Origin: a virus | Lineage: Duplodnaviria; Caudoviricetes | Direction: 5' to 3' (one strand) | Virus record (IMG/VR): IMGVR_UViG_3300027734_003408 | Location: 1-55,848 of that record | Length of the DNA stretch: 55,848 nt | Shown: piece by piece, positions 9,782 to 20,013 of the stretch | How the letters are laid out: each line of letters begins with the position of its first letter | Numbering within the stretch: the first letter of the stretch is position 1 | Notes under the pieces: generated by a model | What the model was told of the DNA's origin: nothing | Seen by the model: only the letters and a program-made list of their open reading frames with translations | Databases searched by the model: none | Translations under genes and position numbers: made by a program

Positions 9782-11245
9782 TTAAGCGCCGGTGACTTCA
9801 TCAAATTCACCTGACACATATTCTACTCCTGTGCTCACGGTACGGCGAGCAAAATTGTTGAGATTCACGCTGGGAGTCGGCCCAGTGGCCACGTATGTGG
9901 TTGAGGCAGCAGCCTGTTCGGTTTGTGCGCCCCAGATATAAACACCAGAAGTTCCATCACCAGCGTAGTTGTTGTTACTGCTGGAGTTGGCTGTGACAAT
10001 TTCTATTCCAATGGCTGTTGCTGTGGCATTTCCCAGGTTGGTTGACATGGAGCATTTGTACCAGTTGTTGCCAACTGGAGTAATGTTGGCTGTTGGAACT
10101 GTTGCACCATTTGAGGCTTGCAATGTTCCTACTGTACCAGTTGACAAGTTAAAAAATGCCGCGGCTTGATTGGTAAATCCAGTGTATTCTTTTAGTCCAA
10201 GTGAAATATTGCCACGCTCCGCGGCCTTGGCAAATACACTTGCACTATAGGCATTTGAGAGTGCACCGGCTGTGACTGTTATAGATTGAGTGATAAGATG
10301 TCGATTGGTGTTGGCACTTTCTATCAACTTGGTGCCAGTCAACGAGTTGTCAGGAGCAGGAATCGTGTTGATGGTCACCGTGACATTGCCTGTGCCCCAT
10401 TTGCTGGTTTGATTGAATTGTTGGCTGTATGATACAATATTGGTGGCAGTGTTTACACCATTGACACCAAGTTGTCCGGTACCGCCATTGGCACTGTAAC
10501 TGACTTCATCAAAAGAGCCAGACACATACTCTATGCCTGATGCAATGGTACGTTGTGCAAAGTTGTTGATGTTGATGCTGGTGGTTGCCCCAGTAGCCAC
10601 GTATGCGGTTGGTGTCGATGCTTGTTCAAATTGAGCGCCCCATAGATAAACTCCTGAGGTTCCGTTACCTGCCCAACTGAATTGATTATCAGCTGATTGA
10701 ACATAGATATCCCCATTTATATTGCCGCCAACTGTGGTAGTAAATGTAATTGAGCATCGATACCAAGAATTTCCCACAGCTGATATTTCTGTGGTATATG
10801 CAGGGCTAACACTAACTGTTCCAACTGCTCCTGTGGATAAATTAAAAAACGCATATCCACTACCAGCGGTATTGCCAAAACTCAATCTTACAAAATTATA
10901 TCCAGATGACTTGGCATACACTGAAAAAGTGTACGCTGTAGTAATAATTGCTGTGCCAGCACCTTTGGTAATGGCCTGTCCTCCCGATGAAGTAGTTGGA
11001 ACAACCAATGTTGCTGTAGTTGACCCGTCAGGTGCAGTTGTAGCATTTCCAGTCTTTGTTACTGGCTGACTAGTTGCTCCCCATTGTGTAAAATCTTGAC
11101 TGTACGATACGGTATTTACAGCAGTGCTCACACCATTCTTGTATACGTAGGCACCCGAGGCACCGGTGGTGCTGTAACTGACTTCGTCAAACGAGCCATT
11201 GACCAGGAGGGCGCCGGTGGGAGTTATTTTACTTGCTGTTGCCAT
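9782..11245 (-). CDS. virion protein with two carbohydrate-binding-like (spike/fibre) domains
   Basis: Two copies of APD...SVYAK...WYRCS...GVYLWGAQxEQ, framed by three GxFDEV motifs. Confidence 0.7.
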   Translation of the reverse strand: MATASKITPTGALLVNGSFDEVSYSTTGASGAYVYKNGVSTAVNTVSYSQDFTQWGATSQPVTKTGNATTAPDGSTTATLVVPTTSSGGQAITKGAGTAIITTAYTFSVYAKSSGYNFVRLSFGNTAGSGYAFFNLSTGAVGTVSVSPAYTTEISAVGNSWYRCSITFTTTVGGNINGDIYVQSADNQFSWAGNGTSGVYLWGAQFEQASTPTAYVATGATTSININNFAQRTIASGIEYVSGSFDEVSYSANGGTGQLGVNGVNTATNIVSYSQQFNQTSKWGTGNVTVTINTIPAPDNSLTGTKLIESANTNRHLITQSITVTAGALSNAYSASVFAKAAERGNISLGLKEYTGFTNQAAAFFNLSTGTVGTLQASNGATVPTANITPVGNNWYKCSMSTNLGNATATAIGIEIVTANSSSNNNYAGDGTSGVYIWGAQTEQAAASTTYVATGPTPSVNLNNFARRTVSTGVEYVSGEFDEVTGA

Positions 11246-11246
11246 A

Positions 11247-14200
11247 TTACAAGAACACCGTGTCTAATCCAGCCACAGCATTGTTGTAGTATGTGTATGC
11301 TCGTATGCCAGTTGCGTTGGCCCAGGATACTGAGTTGGCATTGCCAATGTTCACGTTGCCAGTGACGTTGACATTGCCTGTGGCTGTGACCTGCCCTGCT
11401 GTGACAAGATTGCCACCTGTGATGTTGCCCACAGCACTGACTGTGGTGGCTGCTGTCAAACTGCTACTCAAGTTCAGGGCTGACACCACGTTTGAGCTTA
11501 GACTCAATCCCGCAGCATTCAGATTGCCACCGGTGATGTTGCCTGTGACTGACACTGTGGTACCTGTGACATTGCCCACATGAGTACCAATTATATTTCC
11601 ACCAAACACATTGCCTGTGGCACTGATGTTGCCCGCTGTGGCCACGCCACCTGCATTGACGTTGCCCACAGCACTGACTGTGGTGGCTGCTGTCAAACTA
11701 GAACTCAAGCTCAGGGCTGACACAACGTTTGCGCTTAAACTCAGGCCAGCGGCATTCAAATTGCCACCGGTTATGTTACCTGTCACACTGACGGTTGTGC
11801 CAGTGACATTGCCCACAAACGTTGACACCACGTTGCCAGCAAGTATGTTGCCAGTGGCACTGATGTTGCCAGCGGTGGCAATACCACCTGCAGCCACATT
11901 GCCTGTGGCTGAGATTAACCCAGGTGTGGTGATGTTGCCCCCAGCAATGTTACTTGTAACGTTCAAATTACTGACCACATTTGAACTTAGACTCAACCCC
12001 CCAGCATTTAGGTTGCCACCTGTGACGTTACCAGTCACACTCACAGTTGTGCCAGTGACATTGCCTATGTGTGTGCCAATCAAGTTGCCACCTGCAATGT
12101 TGGCAGTGGTGGTGATGTTTGAGGTTGAATTGATTGCACTAACAATGTTTGAACTTAGACTCAACCCCCCAGCATTCAAGTTGCCAGCAGTGACGTTGCC
12201 AGTCACTGACACAACAGATCCAGTTAAACTTGTGCCTGAAATATTGCCACCAGTAATGTTACCTGTGGCTGAGATTAAACCAGGTGTGGTGATGTTGCCA
12301 CCTGCAATGTTTGAAGTAACATTGAGTGTTGACACCACGTTGCTGGATAGGCTCAAACCTGCTGCATTTAAATTACCACCTGTGATATTGCCAGTTACTG
12401 AAACTGTGGTGCCAGTTACATTACCAACCACAGTGCCAATTAAATTTCCACCTGTGACGTTGCCTGTGACTGAAACTGTGGTGCCGGTGACATTGCCAAC
12501 CAAGGTACCAATCAAGTTGCCACCTGACACATTGGCAGTTGTGGTGATATTGGAGGTTGAATTGATTGCACTAACAACATTGCCACTCAGGCTCAGGCCC
12601 GCAGCATTCAAGTTGCCACCAGTGATGTTGCCACTCACACTCAGTAACCCAGTGATGTATTCACCTGTGGTGGCCCACACAGCCACATTCGATGTGCCAC
12701 CTATGCCGATGGCAACATTGCCACCTGAACTCACAACTGTGACGTTTGAAGTGCCATTGTTGATGTTGGACACACTTGTGATCACACCAGTCAACAGCGC
12801 ACCGTTGCCTAGAATATAACCGCCTGAGATATTGGCAGTAGTGGTGATGTTGGCAGCAGATACCAATGCTGATACCACATTGCCACTCAGACTCAATCCT
12901 GCACCATTCAGCGTGTTGGCACTGGTAATATTGCCTAATGCGCTTATGGTACCGCCAGTGATGCCCGGACCAACTCTGATGTCCTGGGCAATGACATTGC
13001 CCGAAGTAGAAACATTCCCACCAGTGTTGATGTTGCCAGCAATCACGTTGCCTGTGGCTGAAACTGTGTTGGTGGACAACAACACACCCGACACTGCAAT
13101 ATTATTAGCAGTGATGTTGCCTGTGCCTGACACTGTGCCAGTAGCAAATGCCACATTGCCATTGAATATTGCGCCATTGACATTGCCACCAGTGCTGATC
13201 ACACCTGAGCCAGCCAAGATATTGCCACCAGTGATGTTGCCAGTTGTGGTAATTACCCCTGATCCAGCAAGTATATTACCGCCCGTGATGTTGGCAGTTG
13301 CGCTGACGTTAGCGCCAGTCAGTATGTTGCCAGTTGCACTTATGATATTACCAACCACAAGATTGCCAACGCCTGGGCCATTGCTAACAGTTAAATTACC
13401 AACTTGTGCATCACCATTACCAAGTAATTTGAATATGCCAAACAGAATGTTGCCACCTGTAATGTTGCCAGTTGTGCTGATAATACCTGACCCAGCAAGC
13501 AAGTTGCCGCCTGTGACGTTGCCAGTTACACTCAAACTGGTGCCAGTTGCAGCACCAATGTTGGGAGTGGTCAAATTGGCACTGGCCTTGACTGAGATAT
13601 TGCCACTGCCATCAAAAGCAGTGGTGATGTTGTCAACTTTGGCATTGATAACTGTGCCGGCCAAACTGATACCAGCGGCTGTGTTGGCTGTGTATGTTTG
13701 GCTGGAACTGAATTGAGCAAAAGCAATGTTTGAAGTGCCAAATGTGATTGTGCCACTTGGAGCGTCAACAATCCAGGCCGATCCTGCGTTTACGTTACCA
13801 CTTGTGACAAAGAAGTAGTCGTTTATACTGAGAGTAGTGGGATTACCAGCACCATAGGTATTGGTATCAGTTGAACGCACAATGTTGGTGGCATTGGCCC
13901 AAGTATACACGCCATTGAACACAGCATTGCCTTCGTTCTTGACAAGAATACGTGTGCCCACAGTTTGTACATTGGCAGTGTCAATTAAGTTGAAACTACC
14001 GGTTGTGGTCAACAGCGCACCAACTCCATTGCCAGCACCATTGGGTTGAGTATAAGATATTGTGCCACCTGTGGCAGTGGCCAATGTTGTGGTGGTGGCC
14101 ACTGCCACTGCTTGGTGATAAGAAATTGCAGTAGTTACCAAGTTGTCAACATAGATCTTGGTGGCCACATCCTGATTCTGCACAGGATCCAGTACGCCAT

Positions 14201-16820
14201 TGATGTACTTGCTGTTGACCACAACATTGCCAGTGGGTTGTAAATTCAAATTGCCCGAACTGGTGCTGATTGTGAGTGCAGCAGTGTTGCGAACTTCAGG
14301 CACCACAACCGCGGTCACACCCAAAATGTTGCCACCAGTGATGTTGCCACTTGCACTGACTGAAGTTGCACTCACAGCAGACGCAGTGATCAAGTTGCCA
14401 CCTGAGATGTTGGCAGTGGTGGTGATATTGGCAGCTGACACCAGGGCACTGACCACGTTTGAGCTCAGGCTCAAACCCCCAGCATTCAAGTTGCCACCAG
14501 TGATGTTGCCTGACACACTTACCGTGGTACCAGTTACATTGCCTATCACAGAGCCAATCAAGTTGCCACCTGAGACGTTGGCAGTGGTGGTGATGTTTGA
14601 GGTGGAATTGATTGCACTTACTACATTGCTGCTTAAACTTAGGCCAGCAGCGTTCAAGTTACCACCGGTGACGTTGCCGGTGACTGACACTGTGGTACCA
14701 GTGACATTGCCAACCACAGTGCCAATCAAGTTGCCAGCCGCAATGTTGGCAGTGGTGGTGATGTTGGCAGCTGACACCAGGGCACTGACCACGTTGCCGC
14801 TCAGACTCAATCCCACAGCATTTAGATTACCACCTGTGATGTTACCCGACGCACTGACATTTGCAGCACTGATATCGGCAATAGTGATCAAGTTGCCAGC
14901 AGTGACGTTGCCGCTTGCACTTATTAAACCAGTCACGTATTGACCTGTGTTGGCAAATACCACCACATTTGATGTGCCACCAATGCCAATGGCAACATTG
15001 CCACCTGAACTCACAACAGTGACATTACTAGTGCCATTGTTGATGTTGGATACCGATGTGATCACACCAGTCAGTAACGCACCATTGCCTAGAAAATAGT
15101 TGCCAGTTACGTTGCCTGAAGCTGACACAGATGCAGCTGATACAGTGGCCAGGCTGATGATGTTGCCACCGGTTATGTTGCCTGACGCACTGACAACACC
15201 TGTGACATATTCACCAGTTGCGGCAAACACCACCACATTGCCAGTGCCACCAATGCCCACAGCAACGTTGCCACCTGAACTCACGACTGTGACATTTGAT
15301 GTTCCGTTGTTGATGTTGGCCACTGAAGTAATAACTCCAGTCAACAGTGCGCCATTACCTAAAATATAATTGCCAGTGACGTTGCCAGTGGCTGAAATTA
15401 CGCCTGTAACATATTCACCAGTTGCGGCAAACACCACCACATTGCCAGTGCCGCCCACTCCAACTGAGACATTGCCGCCTGAACTTACAACTGTGACATT
15501 ACTGGTGCCATTGTTGATGTTGGCCACTGATGTGATAACACCAGTTAATAATGCACCATTGCCCAGGATGTAATTGCCAGTGACATTGCCTGTGGCACTG
15601 ACTAAACCAGCGGTGAGCAAGTTACCACTGGTGGCATTGCCTGACACACTGAGAGAAGATAAGATGCCCACTGATGTAATATTGGGCTGTGCGTTGGTGT
15701 ATACTGTACCGGCAACCAGCGCATTGGCCACTTGACCTGACACATTGCCACCAGCCACTGCATTGGCTGAATCAGCAACTGTGGCATGTGTGGCATCGCC
15801 CACAGTACCTGTGACATTGGCACCAGTGATAGAACTCAGTAGGCTGCCGTTGCCATATATGTAATTGCCAGTGATGTTGCCAGCAGTTGACACAGCACCT
15901 GAGGTGACATTTCCAGCAGTTGATAACGAAGTCAATATACCCACCGAAGTGATGTTGGGCTGTGCGTTGGTGTACACAGTGCCAGCAATCAGTGCGTTGG
16001 CCACTTGACCTGACACATTGGCACCAGCCACTGCATTGGCTGAATCAGCCACTGTGGCACGTGTGGCATTGGGCACATTACCAGTGACATTGGCACCAGT
16101 GATTGATGTCAACCCTGAGCCATTGCCGTTTATGTTGGCACCAGTGATGTTGCCACTTGTTGATACTGATGCAGCACTGACTGCGGCTGCTGTGATCAAA
16201 TTGCCACCAGTGATGTTACCTGTTGCTGTGACCAACCCTGGTGTGCTGACATTACCTCCAACAATATTGCCAGTCACGCTCAAATTGGCCAGTACGCCAA
16301 TACTGTTTGCTACTATGCCAGTCAACTGTGAGCCGTTGCCAATGAAATAATTGGCATTGACATTGCCTGTGACTGTGACCACGTTGGAGGTTTTGTTGAA
16401 CACAAACCCAGCCGTGGCAGTGGCCGAGCCGGCGTCATTGAACAACACACCATCTGATCTAGAACCAGGAATGATCACATTGCCAATGACATTGCCTGTA
16501 GAAATGTTTCCAGTACCAGATATGTTGCCGGTGCCAAATAACACAGTGTTGGCCACATACAAGTTGGCCCAACGGTTGGTGGCATTGCCTAAATTGTATG
16601 CGTTGTCAACTGCTGGAACAAAATTGGTAGTGGCCACAGGAATAAAACCGCCGTAGGGCAATGAATTCCAGGCTGTGACGCCATCACCGTATTTTACCAA
16701 TTCAGTATCAGTTTCTAGGCCAGGTTCTGCCAAGGCAAGAACAGGATTGGCTGAGGTCCAATTGGCCGAGGTGTCTCTACGAAGTTGTATCGTTGTTCCG
16801 ACTACTGGTGGTGCTGGCAT
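11247..16820 (-). CDS. giant tail fibre-like protein with Mtd N-terminal domain
   Basis: IQLRRDTSANWTSANPVLALAEPGLETDT..KYGDG..AWNSLPY at the N-terminus; same repeats as 5162-9763; start reassigned to MPAPPV. Confidence 0.8.
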   Translation of the reverse strand: MPAPPVVGTTIQLRRDTSANWTSANPVLALAEPGLETDTELVKYGDGVTAWNSLPYGGFIPVATTNFVPAVDNAYNLGNATNRWANLYVANTVLFGTGNISGTGNISTGNVIGNVIIPGSRSDGVLFNDAGSATATAGFVFNKTSNVVTVTGNVNANYFIGNGSQLTGIVANSIGVLANLSVTGNIVGGNVSTPGLVTATGNITGGNLITAAAVSAASVSTSGNITGANINGNGSGLTSITGANVTGNVPNATRATVADSANAVAGANVSGQVANALIAGTVYTNAQPNITSVGILTSLSTAGNVTSGAVSTAGNITGNYIYGNGSLLSSITGANVTGTVGDATHATVADSANAVAGGNVSGQVANALVAGTVYTNAQPNITSVGILSSLSVSGNATSGNLLTAGLVSATGNVTGNYILGNGALLTGVITSVANINNGTSNVTVVSSGGNVSVGVGGTGNVVVFAATGEYVTGVISATGNVTGNYILGNGALLTGVITSVANINNGTSNVTVVSSGGNVAVGIGGTGNVVVFAATGEYVTGVVSASGNITGGNIISLATVSAASVSASGNVTGNYFLGNGALLTGVITSVSNINNGTSNVTVVSSGGNVAIGIGGTSNVVVFANTGQYVTGLISASGNVTAGNLITIADISAANVSASGNITGGNLNAVGLSLSGNVVSALVSAANITTTANIAAGNLIGTVVGNVTGTTVSVTGNVTGGNLNAAGLSLSSNVVSAINSTSNITTTANVSGGNLIGSVIGNVTGTTVSVSGNITGGNLNAGGLSLSSNVVSALVSAANITTTANISGGNLITASAVSATSVSASGNITGGNILGVTAVVVPEVRNTAALTISTSSGNLNLQPTGNVVVNSKYINGVLDPVQNQDVATKIYVDNLVTTAISYHQAVAVATTTTLATATGGTISYTQPNGAGNGVGALLTTTGSFNLIDTANVQTVGTRILVKNEGNAVFNGVYTWANATNIVRSTDTNTYGAGNPTTLSINDYFFVTSGNVNAGSAWIVDAPSGTITFGTSNIAFAQFSSSQTYTANTAAGISLAGTVINAKVDNITTAFDGSGNISVKASANLTTPNIGAATGTSLSVTGNVTGGNLLAGSGIISTTGNITGGNILFGIFKLLGNGDAQVGNLTVSNGPGVGNLVVGNIISATGNILTGANVSATANITGGNILAGSGVITTTGNITGGNILAGSGVISTGGNVNGAIFNGNVAFATGTVSGTGNITANNIAVSGVLLSTNTVSATGNVIAGNINTGGNVSTSGNVIAQDIRVGPGITGGTISALGNITSANTLNGAGLSLSGNVVSALVSAANITTTANISGGYILGNGALLTGVITSVSNINNGTSNVTVVSSGGNVAIGIGGTSNVAVWATTGEYITGLLSVSGNITGGNLNAAGLSLSGNVVSAINSTSNITTTANVSGGNLIGTLVGNVTGTTVSVTGNVTGGNLIGTVVGNVTGTTVSVTGNITGGNLNAAGLSLSSNVVSTLNVTSNIAGGNITTPGLISATGNITGGNISGTSLTGSVVSVTGNVTAGNLNAGGLSLSSNIVSAINSTSNITTTANIAGGNLIGTHIGNVTGTTVSVTGNVTGGNLNAGGLSLSSNVVSNLNVTSNIAGGNITTPGLISATGNVAAGGIATAGNISATGNILAGNVVSTFVGNVTGTTVSVTGNITGGNLNAAGLSLSANVVSALSLSSSLTAATTVSAVGNVNAGGVATAGNISATGNVFGGNIIGTHVGNVTGTTVSVTGNITGGNLNAAGLSLSSNVVSALNLSSSLTAATTVSAVGNITGGNLVTAGQVTATGNVNVTGNVNIGNANSVSWANATGIRAYTYYNNAVAGLDTVFL

Positions 16821-16821
16821 G

Positions 16822-17598
16822 TCAGGCTCCGCCTCCATCTACTACCAAACAGTTGCCACTGTTGAACGCAGTGCCACCGTCGATCCATAATCCAAACACG
16901 CCAGCAATGTATTGCCAACTGGGCGTGGTACCATCAGTTTGTAAGAATTTTTGTGCGTTTCCAGCTTGGCTCGGTAACCCAGTGCCACTGCCCCCGTAAG
17001 GTGTGCCATTGGCGTAGTTGATGCTGGCAACATTGCTGGGCAGTGTGATGTTGCCCACTGTGTCAAATGTCCAGGTGCCGCCAGATCTAATTTCAACATT
17101 GGACTGTTGACTTTCGATATACAGGGGTGTGCCATTGCCTGCATCGGCATTGCTGGGTATAAGAATAGTGGCACCAGGATCGCTCAAGTTACCATACAGT
17201 GCCCAGGTATCATTGTTGGAATTGAACAAGCTACCGCCTTGGCCAATCAACAAGTTGCCCACAGTAATGTATCCATCTAGTGTGGAAACAGTTTCACCTG
17301 AGGTTGCATTGGGCAATGTCAGTGCACCATTGGTATCAAACACCCAAGACTGCCCATCAGCATTGATTTCAACATTGCCGCTGGCCACAGCAATATTGGC
17401 ATAACTGTTGCCGTTGAAGATCTTGTTGGCAGAACCGCCACCACCGCTGGTGACAGGAATACCACCTGGTGTGCTGCCATCACTGTAGTAGATTTGATTG
17501 CTTACTGGATCCCACCACAGCCGACCCACCTGCCCTACGTAGGTTTCTGCGTTGGCGTTGTTGTCTCTGCTGGTGAAAAAATTCTGTATGTAGGACAT
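16822..17598 (-). CDS. virion structural protein, fibre/baseplate associated
   Basis: YYSDGSTPGG, two WxFDTxGxLTLP repeats, LPSQAGNAQKFLQTDG, IDGG C-terminus. Confidence 0.65.
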   Translation of the reverse strand: MSYIQNFFTSRDNNANAETYVGQVGRLWWDPVSNQIYYSDGSTPGGIPVTSGGGGSANKIFNGNSYANIAVASGNVEINADGQSWVFDTNGALTLPNATSGETVSTLDGYITVGNLLIGQGGSLFNSNNDTWALYGNLSDPGATILIPSNADAGNGTPLYIESQQSNVEIRSGGTWTFDTVGNITLPSNVASINYANGTPYGGSGTGLPSQAGNAQKFLQTDGTTPSWQYIAGVFGLWIDGGTAFNSGNCLVVDGGGA

Positions 17599-17614
17599 GC
17601 TATTTGTGCCGTCC

Positions 17615-17983
17615 TTATTGTTGTTCTAATCGATCACGACGTCTTTTTAACAAGTCCAACACCAGATCAGACTCATCATCATCGCGGATGTCATCGCTGT
17701 CTGCACCCACATCGTTGGTGTGTTCGTGATTGGCAAAATCATCAGGATCATGCGGGTCCTGGTTGATCAACTGATTGATCACTGGACTTTCTTTGCCGCC
17801 TTGTTGTTTCAACAGCTCTATTTCTTGCTGCAAGGGCGGAACCATCACAGGTGAGTCGGGCATTTCTTCCCCGGCCGGAGCAGCAATGGTAGGCATGCCT
17901 CCACCTGCTGGGATGGTAATATTGATGGGTATGCTGATGGTCATGCCCTGTGAATTTTCTGCAATAAACTCTCGTGCTCTCAT
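17615..17983 (-). CDS. putative internal head protein
   Basis: Start MRAREFIAE (ATGA overlap) resembles the T4 capsid-targeting sequence; acidic C-terminus. Confidence 0.55.
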   Translation of the reverse strand: MRAREFIAENSQGMTISIPINITIPAGGGMPTIAAPAGEEMPDSPVMVPPLQQEIELLKQQGGKESPVINQLINQDPHDPDDFANHEHTNDVGADSDDIRDDDESDLVLDLLKRRRDRLEQQ

Positions 17984-18549
17984 AGAATACCTGCTGCCGA
18001 TTGCAACGCCCGCATGTCTGATTTGGTGTCGTGAATTGGTTTCACAGGCAAACCGGCCGCTGTGCGCCACTCGTTCAAATCTGATTCGTGTGTGCGGCGA
18101 TACTCGTCAGGTGTGAGTGGCACAGTTTGTGCAAATGCTTCTTCTGACCAGGGCTGTGTTTGACCATCGTACCGCATGGTCCAGTCTTTGGGTTCGTGTT
18201 CTGTGAGTGTGGTCAAGTCGTCTATGAGTTCGGCCACATACTGTGGTGCGGCACTGCGACGGCGCATTTCCACATACACTAGATAACGACTGGGTTTGAT
18301 TTCGCCTGGGCTACGATCAGCATCTAGCACAAAGTCATAGCCTTTTTCAAACCAGGCCACCAGGTCCTTGGCTGCTTGTTTGTCACGCACAAAAAAACTC
18401 AGCACAATAATGTCTTCATCATCGCCCATTTTGCCTGAAAATTCATCCACGTGAATGGTAGGCTTCATCATGCCTTCTAGATCACGATACTGTAGCCCTT
18501 CAAGCAACTGGGACTGGGGCAAGGTCTTGTTCGAGGTTTTGTTGTGCAT
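17980..18549 (-). CDS. hypothetical protein, possibly head-associated
   Basis: Long ORF with genome-typical codon use; start uncertain; C-terminal AAGL/AAGI repeats. Confidence 0.65.
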   Translation of the reverse strand: MHNKTSNKTLPQSQLLEGLQYRDLEGMMKPTIHVDEFSGKMGDDEDIIVLSFFVRDKQAAKDLVAWFEKGYDFVLDADRSPGEIKPSRYLVYVEMRRRSAAPQYVAELIDDLTTLTEHEPKDWTMRYDGQTQPWSEEAFAQTVPLTPDEYRRTHESDLNEWRTAAGLPVKPIHDTKSDMRALQSAAGIL

Positions 18550-19111
18550 TTTCAGCCTTTGCATCACTTTGTGTGGTTTCTTTGTCTAGATCCTGCTCGT
18601 AGGCCGCGTCTAGTTCATCCAAGTCAATTTCTTGACCTTCCATTTCTATAGCGCCTGTGCGTATCTCACTCATGAGTCGTTTGGGCATGACAATTTCCAC
18701 CAGCCACACAGGTTTTTCAACTATGCGGGCTTTTTTGGTACCAGGAATGTAGTCTGCAGGATCGTTAATTTGAATGGGAATCTTGATCTTTTGTCGTTTG
18801 TATGTTACCGTGCAATCAAATGGCAGCAGTCGTTTGCCGCCTCTGGGGTCGGGCATCATTCGTTCTGGCCACATGAATGTCACACCCACTGTGTATTTGC
18901 TGATATCCGGACCGGCTACCAGTTCGCCAATTTCCCAGTTTCGAAATGCGTACACATCCATTTCGTCCAGCACACGCTCAAAGTCCAACAGTGTGGTCAG
19001 ACTGCCATCACTCATGTAGATGTCGCGGATAGTATCACTTACTTGCCAGTAATCCGCATGATCTTTAAAAAGCTCTTTGTCGTTGATGCCGTGAATGTTT
19101 TTGGTTTGCAT
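18500..19111 (-). CDS. hypothetical late protein
   Basis: 203-aa ORF with TAAATA 7 nt upstream. Confidence 0.7.
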   Translation of the reverse strand: MQTKNIHGINDKELFKDHADYWQVSDTIRDIYMSDGSLTTLLDFERVLDEMDVYAFRNWEIGELVAGPDISKYTVGVTFMWPERMMPDPRGGKRLLPFDCTVTYKRQKIKIPIQINDPADYIPGTKKARIVEKPVWLVEIVMPKRLMSEIRTGAIEMEGQEIDLDELDAAYEQDLDKETTQSDAKAENAQQNLEQDLAPVPVA

Positions 19112-19118
19112 AATGCAT

Positions 19119-19247
19119 TATTTACCAAAGTTGTTGAACACACACAACAGACTTGAGTCTCAGTGCTTTTATTCCGCCTGGTCAGTATTTAGTGACCAAA
19201 CATCGGAAAATACCACTCCGTTATTTGAAAATTGCTGACCGTAAATA
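19119..19247. promoter_or_regulatory. divergent late promoter region
   Basis: TAAATA on - at 19119-19124 and 19186-19191, and on + at 19242-19247. Confidence 0.5.
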
Positions 19248-19278
19248 CCTGGCCCTACAGGGCTTAGGAGAATCACAC

Positions 19279-20013
19279 TTGAGTAGACAACGAGCACAAA
19301 AAGCACAAAAACGTATGAATCTGGAAGTAGCAAACACCATAGCCTTTAACTCAACGCAGCGAGCACAACCTCGTCGCATTGACTTGATCCCTCGCACACG
19401 AAATCAAGAACGCTTGGTCATGGCCCTGCAAGATCCAGATCAACACATTGTAGTCACAGCAGGACCCGCTGGAACAGGTAAGACGTACCTGGCAATGCTG
19501 GCTGCTGTTAAGAATCTAAGAGAAGGAGTATGCGATCGAATAGTGCTAACAAGACCCGCAGTGGGTGTAGAGGGTGAAAGCCATGGCTTTTTGCCCGGCA
19601 ATTTAGTTGCCAAAATGGAACCTTGGACTCGTCCCTTATTGGACGTCATGCGTGAATACTATAGGCCACAAGATATCTTGGCCATGATTGAAGATCAGAT
19701 TCTGGAAATATCTCCTCTGGCATACATGAGAGGCCGGACCTTCAAAAATTCGTGGATCATCGCTGACGAAATGCAAAATGCCACACCAGCACAGGTCAAG
19801 ATGCTGATGACACGCATTGGACAAAACTCCAAGATTGTGATCACAGGAGATGTGGAACAAGCGGATCGTGCTCAGGGCGACAATGGCCTGTACGATCTAT
19901 GTGCCCGACTGCAACAAAACGCAGTGGCAGGAATTGCTGTGTGCGAAATGCAAACTCGTGACGTGCAACGCCACAGCATCATTGGGTCAGTGTTGAAACT
20001 CTACGCGGTTTAG
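19279..20013 (+). CDS. phoH: PhoH-family ATPase
   Basis: GPAGTGKT, GFLPG, YMRGRTF, IIADEMQN, TRIG, GDVEQ; TTG start after AGGAG. Confidence 0.95.
   Translation: MSRQRAQKAQKRMNLEVANTIAFNSTQRAQPRRIDLIPRTRNQERLVMALQDPDQHIVVTAGPAGTGKTYLAMLAAVKNLREGVCDRIVLTRPAVGVEGESHGFLPGNLVAKMEPWTRPLLDVMREYYRPQDILAMIEDQILEISPLAYMRGRTFKNSWIIADEMQNATPAQVKMLMTRIGQNSKIVITGDVEQADRAQGDNGLYDLCARLQQNAVAGIAVCEMQTRDVQRHSIIGSVLKLYAV

Noticed and set aside
5400-16656. Many long plus-strand ORFs (up to 402 aa, 'LPPVMLPV' repeats) opposite the fibre genes
   Set aside because: Antisense shadows: the Gly/Asn/Thr/Val codon bias of the real genes leaves few stops in the mirror frame; no RBS or family motifs.
11247-16820. Mtd N-terminal domain suggesting a diversity-generating retroelement
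   Set aside because: No reverse transcriptase, no template/variable repeat pair differing at adenines, and no C-type lectin tip in the window.
19153-19278. 42-aa N-terminal extension of PhoH in the ORF track
   Set aside because: An AGGAG SD and a TAAATA box point to the TTG at 19279; the extension overlaps the divergent promoter region.
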